DNA of 37,142 nucleotides from Nemertoderma westbladi (taxonomy: Eukaryota; Animalia; Xenacoelomorpha): assembly GCA_032718475.1 (NCBI GenBank), contig JAUCBJ010000907.1, positions 1-37,142 on the forward strand. Direction: 5' to 3'. The notes beneath the pieces were generated by a model. That model saw only the letters and a list, made by a program, of their open reading frames with translations, had not been told where the DNA came from and ran no database searches. A program made the translations under genes and the position numbers. This document shows positions 11,643 through 20,495 of the stretch, one piece after another; the stretch's first letter is position 1; the number at the start of each line of letters is the position of its first letter.

Positions 11643-12228
11643 CACCTTTTCAAGATGTAATTCAGAAAGCGTAATATGAAAATCAGAAAGCGTAATATGT
11701 AATTCAGAACTGTAATATGTAATTCAGAAAGCGTAATATGTAATTCAGAACCGTAATATGTAATTCAGAAAGTGTAATATGTAATTCAGAACCGTAATAT
11801 GTAAATCAGAAAGCGTAATATGTAATTCAGAACTGTAATATGTAATTCAGAAAGCGTAATATGTAATTCAGAAACCGTAATATGTAATTCAGAAACTGAT
11901 ATAGGAATCATGTCTTTAACAGTACCTATCTCTTGGTATCTCTTGGAAACCAAGTGTTCCAGAAGCTTTCTGCTATTTTATTTGTGTTAATAATAATAGA
12001 ATTGGTAGTTACTTGGTAACCTGTTAATTCTAAAGGAATGTTAGTGCAATGCGTTTCATTAATCATAAATGCCTATTAATATTTATAAATCACGTTGTTT
12101 GTTGGCTCTTAGTGGAATTTATAACCAATTAATAATTGGCCCATGTGGATTATTTAATTATCTTTCCAAACAAAATACTTTTACCAAGGAAAATTAATAT
12201 TTCATTCCAGTACTATGAGTTGTATTAA
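11643..12228 (+). repeat. Left TIR, containing about 12 tandem 20/21-bp subrepeats (GTAATATGTAATTCAGAAAGC) at about 11656..11897
   Basis: Reverse complement of 16588..17182. Confidence 0.93.
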
Positions 12229-12437
12229 CCCTATTTGGCCCGGGAGTAGGGGTCATTTTATCAATTTTTTGGAAAGGAAATATGTTTACCAAGTTTTATC
12301 ACGATCAGCGACCTCGAAAACCCTTATACCATGGAAATTGTAATTATTGAGCGAAGATCTAAAAAATTTCAAACGTGACCCCCCCCCCCCCCCCCCCCGG
12401 GCCAATGACGTTGTAAAATAGCCCGGGCCAAATAGGT
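12229..12437. mobile_element. Small MITE-like insert with a piggyBac-like left end (TTAA|CCCT) and 15-bp inverted repeat
   Basis: CCTATTTGGCCCGGG (12230-12244) versus CCCGGGCCAAATAGG (12422-12436). TTAA at 12225-12228; the right-hand TTAA is not intact. Confidence 0.55.
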
Positions 12438-13093
12438 TTTGCAAAATCAGTCGAGTAATAGACATTTCAAATAAAAAAAAGATTATTTTTAATGTAATGT
12501 CTATTACCAAATTTGCATATGAGATGAAACATTTGGTAAGTACTTACTACTTACCCCAACATGTGCTACATTGTGTGTGAAAATTTCATGTTAATATATT
12601 TTTATAGTTTTTGATATATGTGTACCTTTGTAAAGGCGGATGCGAATAAATGCGATGATCAGAAATCGCCCCAGACGTCCTTAGCCGTATTTGGAGTACG
12701 TGCACAGATTAATGCTTACAATTTTTGATTGGATTTGATTCAGGTAATTTGCTATCGTTTTTGGAATTTACATTAAATTATGTTTGAAATGGGTAAATTT
12801 TGAAAATGAAATAAGAGAAAAAAAATATTTCAAAACTTGGACCAAAATTTGAAAAATAACGGACCGCCTTGAAAAATTTCACAGAAAAATGGACATAACT
12901 TTTGATTGCTTGATTTTTAGAATCTACGTCAAATTTTGCTTCACATGGGATGTTTTATGAACAATTCAGTAATTTCTAATTTTTTAGTGTGCAACCACCT
13001 TAAATTTTTATACATAAATCACTCACGGGTGGACATTTCCGATAACTTTAACGTGGCTTTCACATCAGGAATTTTCGGCATTCGTGGCTTTTA

Positions 13094-13353
13094 AAAGTAA
13101 AGTAAAGTAAATTTTCTACGTCCGTTAGGCCAGGGATTACGCCAGTGCGGTCCCCCCCAGAACTATACTCTCCAGAGGAAACTCCAGTACTCATTTAGCT
13201 ATACCATTTAAGGATGGAAGGCAGATATGCGCCATGGCTGGTCCCTTTAAAGCATTCGTGCCGAAACGAAAACTGCCCTGGCCCATGTGAGCATCGAACC
13301 CACGACCTACGGGAGATGTAAATTCAATGCAACCGCAACACCAAGGTGGAACC
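13094..13353 (-). mobile_element. tRNA-derived SINE (approximate ends)
   Basis: Minus strand has an A-box-like TGGTGTTGCGG, B box GGTTCGATGC, a central GCCTTCCATCCT...AAATGAGTAC motif resembling conserved SINE core domains, and a (TTTAC)n 3' tail. Confidence 0.7.
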
Positions 13354-13869
13354 TTGGAAGATTATATTATATTTTAATTTCATTTACAAATTTTTTATCC
13401 CCGCCTGCAGAAGAAAAATCTTGGTTACGTAACTGATATTTCAAATTCATTAACAAGAATAATTTGTTATTAAAATAAATAAAACGGCAATTAAATACTG
13501 TAATACACCAATACCAGAATGTATAGTATAAAAAGTGGAAGAACTGCAATAGAAAGTTTGTATGTATGAAAGTTTGTACGTAAGTGTCCAATAAATAAAT
13601 TAAAACTATTTAAAATTTACCTTTACCATTTTAATATTTATTATTCGTACTAACTAATACTGTACAGTATAAATATAGTACTGTAGTAGTAATAATTTTA
13701 TTGACAGAATGTAATAATAATATATAAATAAGGAAGTGCAAGTAATGTAAACATGTAAACAATGTAAACATTCGCAATATGTACCACTAAAAACAAAACT
13801 AAATATGGCGTTAATATGGCAACACACAATAAATGACGGTACAGTACAAATTGATAATCTTTTAAACAC

Positions 13870-14250
13870 GTTAGCACCAGCAAAAATGAGATAAAGATAT
13901 AGTATAAGGTTTAAGAATTACCACACATGGAATCCGTCACCGTGGCTAAACATGTTCACTATAAAATACGTACAGAACCGGCACACAATGAAGGTGTAGT
14001 ACATCTTAGTGATTTACAAAAACTTGAGCAGCAGCAAAAATAATTTAAAGATACAGTATAAGGCTTGGGAATTACCACATTGGAATACATAACTGTGCCT
14101 TAACATTCGCACGATTGAATGTGTACAAAACCAGCAATATTAGTGACTCTCAAAAAGTTAAGTAGCGGCAAAAAATATAATAAGTAAAATGTACATGTAC
14201 TGTACAGTATACGGTTTAGGAATCACTGCCGTGGGATACGTAACCGTTAC
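13870..14250. repeat. Three highly diverged ~150-bp tandem units 3' of the transposase
   Basis: Recurring AGCA(G/C)CAGCAAAAA...TACAGTATAAGG(T/C)TT.GGAATTACCAC-like blocks near 13872, 14027 and 14160. Confidence 0.55.
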
Positions 14251-14358
14251 GTCGGCTTGCCGGTACCTTAAGAACTGCAAATGTGGGATAGTGGTTTGAT
14301 TATTACGGTAGCCTACGGTTGTACTGTATCCTATCCAGTATCACAGCTGCTACTGCGC

Positions 14359-15561
14359 TTAACGACCAACGTGCACGTCCTCTAAGTTAATGATACTGGT
14401 GTGGAAAGATGTAGTATGTTGCGCAGCCCTTGTGCAGTCACTGCCAACAATAGTGGATTGTGCAAAACCCACTACTCCCTCCAAATACTGCAGTCGCTGT
14501 TCGGCTAATGTGCCGGGGCCAGGAGTTGGTGGAATACCCATGTTTACTTTAACATAACTCTTCACTTTCGACCAGATGGTCTCGACTGGGTTCAGCATTG
14601 GACTGTATGGTCCCAATCTAATGAACTTTGCTTGGCTGCCTTCAAATACTGTCTCTAATCCTGCATGGCAAGGGGCGTTGTCAGAGACAAGCAGTAAATC
14701 CTCCAGCCAATTTCCCGCGTTTTCCCACTCTTGAAACAATTCTAAAACCTAATCGTTTGCCGTTTCTTTCGTAAAACTTCCCCTTCTCCTTGTGAACTTT
14801 AGTACACCTGTGGCTGAAATTGCCGCCAACAGGTGTACATTCTTACCACGCGATGCGGGAAGTGTCTGGACTGCCCTCGATTCAACCTTTGATCGGCCTT
14901 GAGTGCGGCGGCAGAACAAGTTGAAATTTGTTTCGTCGATCCAGGCAACCTGCCTGCCGTTTCTAATATACTCGTTAAGCTTTGAAACGTAATCCGCCCT
15001 TTTCTGCTTGTTTATGACCGTGTTCATTGTCACAGGTTTGTGATGAGCCTTTTTTAGCGAATAAACCCGACCTTCCAAATAGTTGGCAATTGTTGTGAGG
15101 CTGACACTTATATTGAATTGCTGCATCAGCCTTCCTTGGATTTCAAACAACGTTATGGAGGAGTCATCCTCAACCCATCCAATGTTCACATCAATCGTCT
15201 CCTCTGCTATCTTTCTGGGCTTCACACCACCACGGGTTTTCATATCGGCCTTCCCTGTACTGACCCATGTGTATGCCGTTTTGTAAGTGACATCTAAGGT
15301 GTTAGCGAGGGAAGCCCAGTCGTCGCCGCGATTAGCGCACTCAACTATACGTTGCCGATCTTGTTGGCTATTTGTTTTGTAAGTTGTCCGTTGAATAATT
15401 TGAGATTCCAAAATGGATTCCCGACATAATGGGCACTTAGGGTCGCCTTCGGAAAGGATTGGTGTAATGCACTTCTGATGGTAAATGTGCCCACATGGAC
15501 CCAACTTGATTAAGGAATGACGCGACATTGTGAACTGGCAAACAGCACAGTTACTGTATCC
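14359..15561 (-). pseudogene. RING-H2 finger + HTH + IS630/Tc1-type DDE transposase (DD32E), interrupted by an in-frame TAG at 14749-14751
   Basis: ORFs 14749..15528 and 14359..14739 share one frame (..TAND*VLELFQEW..). Catalytic motifs WIDETNF, VSDNAPCH and PYSPMLNPVE. Reading in frame upstream of the ATG gives CAVC-x14-CGH-x2-H-x2-C-x11-CPLC. Confidence 0.9.
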
Positions 15562-15673
15562 TTATATTTCTGCATATCGTTTTGTTTTTTTAGTATAATA
15601 TATATGTGTACATAAGAATACACTTTTTATTTATAGTAATGACTGCTTTGAGCGTCTATGGTGGAGAAGCGCT

Positions 15674-15889
15674 GATGGCATAACGAAACAAATCGAAAGA
15701 AATTATAAGAACAAAATGTAGCCACGGGCGGAACTATATGAGCAATTTTTATATAATGATTTTGGATATTTTTTAAATGTAGCCACGGCCGGAACCCCAA
15801 CCGAAATTTAAATTTCGATTCGTTTTCGTTACGCGTTTAACAATCCGATCAAATGTTCGCTTCGTTTCGTTTCGTTTCGTTATGCCATC
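15674..15889. mobile_element. ~216-bp MITE-like element with 16-bp inverted repeats
   Basis: GATGGCATAACGAAAC (15674-15689) versus GTTTCGTTATGCCATC (15874-15889). Internal direct repeat AAATGTAGCCACGG(G/C)CGGAAC. Confidence 0.6.
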
Positions 15890-16587
15890 CCTATGGAAAA
15901 GTACCTATTTCGAGCCTACTATTATCGAATGTCGGATGGTGTGTTATTAGTTTTAATACCGTCCATAAAAAACATGCCATGTCCAGTTTCCATCTGTTAT
16001 TAATATTATATGACATTATATTCACACCTCCCCCCCCCCCCCCCCCCACCCCTTTGTCCACCTCCTCGCGCGCATATCCCCCCCCCCCCTAATTTTTTAT
16101 ACTAGCTAATTTTTTTCGTTAGTAATAAACGTTAACAGTTCTCTTTAAGGGTAATGTTTTTTACTTTAGTTTAGATTGAAAGACGTTAGTACGTGTGGGA
16201 CATTTAATATAGATTGGGGGGACCTGCAACCGCACGTGAGATTAGAAGTAACACTCGAAGTAACCCAATACAATTAATATAAAATATAGGCTGAGGCTAC
16301 AATATATAATACTCAGCGTGGTGTCAAACAACATCAAATCAAACATTACATTTGCTATTTATTACACAATTTTATGTATTTATTTAATGGCCTCATCTAT
16401 GGTCATGCCAATATATAATGTAGTGTATTAAAATAATTATATAATAAATATTCGGAGTCAACGGAAATTTCTTACTTAGAAATTTATTCAATGCCATTTT
16501 ATGCAACAAATCAAAGTTCATTTCATGGTCTTAAATATTTGTCATCGCAAAAAAATGAGTGATTGTATAAGGATTTTTGGAACATAC

Positions 16588-17182
16588 TTAGTACAATTCA
16601 TTATACTGGAATTAAATATTAATTTTCCTTGGTAAATGTGTTAACGTTGGAAAGATAATTAAAATAATCCATCCACATGGGCCAGTTATTAATTGCGTAT
16701 TAAATTCCACTAAGAACCAATAAACAACGTGATTTATAAATATTAATAGGCGTTTATGATTAATGAAACGCATTGCACTAACATTCCTTTAGAATTAACA
16801 GGTTACCAAGTAACTACCAATTCTATTATTATTATTAACACAAATAAAATAGCAGAAAGCTTCTGGAACATTTGGTTTCCAAGAGATACCAAGAGATAGG
16901 TACTGTTAAAGACATGATTCCTATATAAGTTTCTGAATTACATTTTACGGTTTCTGAATTACATTTTACGCTTTCTGAATTACATATTACGCTTTCTGAT
17001 TTACATATTACGGTTCTGAATTACATATTACACTTTCTGAATTACATATTACGGTTCTGAATTACATATTACGCTTTCTGATTTACATATTACGGTTCTG
17101 AATTACATATTACACTTTCTGAATTACATATTACGGTTCTGAATTACATATTACGCTTTCTGAATTACATCTTGAAAAGGTG
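16588..17182 (-). repeat. Right TIR with about 12 tandem 20/21-bp subrepeats at about 16928..17170
   Basis: Reverse complement of 11643..12228. Outer part near-identical, inner ~130 bp more diverged. Confidence 0.93.
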
Positions 17183-17332
17183 TAGTCAGAGATGCAAAAA
17201 GAACAGAAGTCCCAAAAGTTCTGCTTTTTAAACCCATTATTTTTCTAGAACTGTAAAAAGTTTACATAATTAGAGAAATAATTTAGTGATAGTTTACAAT
17301 GGTAACCCGATGGCGTAAACAAATTGGCTCAC

Positions 17333-17564
17333 CTGACACTCCCATGTCGCCATACGAAGTTCTGAAATCTCCCGGAAGTGAAACCGTCCGAGTAGATAAT
17401 TCACCGCTGTCCGCAACTGAATCTGTCCGTGCAACTATGTTACCGAATTCCGGGAGTGAATTAGTTCGTTTAGCTAGGTATCGGACGTCCGGGGCGGATG
17501 AAAATACGGCGGTTTGTAGTTTATAAGTTGTAAGGAAATGGTCAATTGTAATTAGCGAGGACAT
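17333..17564 (-). CDS. Possible isolated coding exon of an unidentified gene
   Basis: Open frame in a locally GC/CpG-richer patch, ending at a consensus donor CAG|GTGAGC. Encodes RTNSLP, RTDSV and RTVSLP motifs. No recognisable family. Confidence 0.3.
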
Positions 17565-18270
17565 CTTGAGTCAACATGCAGTAATTAATGGTAAGTGTAA
17601 TTAAATATTGTAGAAACAAACCAAATCCGAACACATCATAAACATCTGTTAAATAACAGTAAATAACACAGGTAATTATTGTAAAAATAAAATATTGCCC
17701 AATATCACTATAACATAATTTAGTAACAATTTACTAACAGTTACGAGTTAGTTATATCTATAAAAAAAAACAGGATATTAATGTAATAAAAAAACACAAT
17801 TTTGTGTATCATCTAGGCAAGGAAAGCTAAGAAATAATTAAAACACTATCTCAAATTATAGAGCCAAAGGGAATGTCTATTTGTGGGTAATAATGTTTAT
17901 ATTCTGTATTTATGACCAATTCATTGTTAATAAATAGTATCTACCAGTAGGCCTACCGGTAGCCTACATATAATAAATGGAAATTACCGAATAGGCAACA
18001 TCAGTTCACAAAGGGAGGCAACTTAAACATTTCCTAGAATTTATTATAAAACGTCACACAATTACACAACTTCCTACAATCAATAATAATATACGCAATG
18101 GAACACCCCGCATCTAACCAATTACATCCTCACAAAGATTTATGACAACGCCAGATGTGACACCGTTACTATGGCTACGATATAAAGCTCGAGAATCTGC
18201 TTTGGCAGCCGAATCTCAAACATTCTAGACTCACGAGGAACACTAAACACCAACTCGGACGTCATGATCA

Positions 18271-19032
18271 ATTTTTATTAGATACGAAATGAATGTTTGG
18301 GAGTATAGACGAGCATTTTAAAAGTAAAATTTTACTGTAAAGCAGTTAAGGTTACGTGTCGTAAACTAAAGCGTTTTTTTAAAACTACTCTCTAATTAAA
18401 TCTAAAAAAATAAATAATAAAGATTTGAGTCCGATTGATATCTGTCCGTTTGTCTGTCGGTCTGTCCGTCAGTAATATCTATCTAAAAAATCCTATATGG
18501 GGTTTCCTTGTCTGTGACTTCATTTCGGATATCAGTATTCAAATTTGGCATGTCTGTCTGTGTGTATGCATGTCAGTCTGTCCGTTAAAATATAACAACA
18601 GCCAAGAAGACAATTTGATGGTCATCAAAAGTTATATCTGACTATATCGAAATGAGTTCTGGTTGTAGAACTCATTTTGAATCTTGATAAAAATCTGCTC
18701 TAGATCAAATGAAAAAAACATTTGAAAAGAAAATTTGAAAGCCAGTTACACCCCCCCCCCCCCCCCCCCCCCCCACCCCCCTAAAATTTCCGCTTAGCCC
18801 GAGTTTGAGGTTTGCAATAAATATCACAATATCGAATAATAAAAACTTTATACTTTCCTTTGTGCCTCATACCACTCCAAGTCTTTATTATTTATTTTTT
18901 TAGATTTAATTAGAGAGTAGTTTAAAAAAACGCTTTAGTTTACGACACGTAACCTTAACTGATTTACAGTAAAATTTTACTTTTAAAATGCTCGTCTATA
19001 CTCCCAAACGTTCATTCGTATCTACTAAAAAT
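18271..19032. mobile_element. ~760-bp non-autonomous element with ~155-bp inverted repeats and internal CTGT/GTCT microsatellite-like tracts
   Basis: 18271..~18425 is the near-exact reverse complement of ~18880..19032. No ORF. Confidence 0.75.
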
Positions 19033-20049
19033 AGCTAAACTTTTAGCTAGATGGTGTGCCCTTTTCTTCTATTTGGCGGACAGATTATCGGATAGTCTGA
19101 TAGACCGACAGATACAGATACAGACTAACTAGATTTCATTAAAAGTTAAAAATGACCTCAGAAATGAAATCAGGTACCCTGAAAAACCCCGCAGCAAAAA
19201 TATTAGCAACAGTGCTTGACAATATCTTGATATGGTCTTGTACTTTCTTGTTGCTAAATACATATTGACAGACATTCTTATATATTAACAGACAGTTTTG
19301 CGCGGGAAGGTAATCTTTAAAGGCAATTATCTCAGAATGGAATTTTTTCATTATTAAATCACGACTCCTCCACCATTTTTCAACCGATTTGTACGTTTTT
19401 GGTATCAAAAGAAAGCTAGTTCTGTACGCAATAATAAAATTAGAGCAGTTTTTTTTAGTTTTGCTTAACGTAATCGACAATGCTGATTCCAAAAAACAGG
19501 TTACAACTTCTGAAATTAAAGCATAACACAAGAGTGGCATTTTATGTAAATTTTGGCTGTAGCCGCTAAGGGGGCAGTATACATTTCAAAATATTGACTT
19601 CCAAGCCAGTTAACCCCCCCCCCCCCCCCCCCCCCCCTTATCAGACTTCGTTCAGATGCGAAAGAAAGTTTGAAACATTTATTAGAATCTGCAAATAACA
19701 TTTAATTTTCATACAATAATTTAATTTAAACGGTATTTATTAAATTGAATGTTTCCAATGGAGTTGAAAATGCATTGAAAACGATATACCCTCAAAAAGT
19801 GAATCATCAAAAATATATAAAAATTGGAAAAAGCGTGAGATTTTAAAAAATTCACTAACCTAAATTTACTACTCATCCGTTATTTTCCATTTCCGTTTTT
19901 TATCCACATTTATTGGAACCATTTTTTGGAACATTTTTACAAATTTTCTAACGAATTTAATGACATTAAAATACTGGTGCAATCAAAAATTATAATTTGA
20001 CACTTGTGGTGCAGCAGTTCGGGACTTTATGCGCTCTATACAGTAGTAT

Positions 20050-20495
20050 ACAGATCCGGAAGTCAGGTGAGGACCTTCGAATACGTAAGGGAAAGGCATG
20101 GGAAGCCTTGAATAGGCTTTCCAGGATTTGGAAGTCACCGAGAATTAATCGGAAACTTAAGGTCCGATTGTTTAGAGCAGCAGTAGTTCCAGTACTCCTC
20201 TATGGGAGTCCATGCTGGGCTCTAACTGCTGAGGACACCAAATCTCTGGATGGCACATTCACAAGAATGCTACGCCGGGTTCATTGTGTCAAGTACAATG
20301 CACACATCTCCAACCAGACACTATATAACATTGGAGGTGTCTCATTGGTTCCCCCAAGCTTGACACTAGAACAAAATCGCATCCGCTTTGCAAGACATTG
20401 TTTTTGCCGTGACGGGCAGCCTGTACACAATCTTATGCTTTGGCAGCCACATGGAGAAAATAAGCATGGTGAGCATCCCATATGACTTTCTTGAG
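20050..20495 (+). mobile_element. RTE-like LINE fragment (region C-terminal to the RT core), same family as 8299..8656
   Basis: DLRIRKGKAWEALNRLSRIWKS...LKVRLFRAAVVPVLLYGSPCWALT...RMLRR is typical of RTE-clade ORFs. About 20286..20495 matches the reverse complement of about 8449..8658. Confidence 0.88.

Larger units (their letters stand above)
11643..17182 (-). mobile_element. 5.54-kb IS630/Tc1/mariner-superfamily DNA transposon with ~585-bp TIRs and TA target-site duplication
   Basis: TA|CACCTTTTCAAG...CTTGAAAAGGTG|TA (TA at 11641-11642 and 17183-17184). Long inverted repeats and an internal DDE transposase. Confidence 0.85.

Noticed and set aside
12440-14350. Possible Fanzor/TnpB cargo, as found with some eukaryotic IS630-type elements
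   Set aside because: No long ORF or RuvC/zinc-finger motifs are visible. The region is AT-rich with a SINE and diverged repeats.
14749-14751. Programmed readthrough or a variant genetic code at the transposase TAG
   Set aside because: The phosphatase gene uses TAG as its stop and the transposase 5' end also appears damaged. A TGG-to-TAG mutation is simpler.
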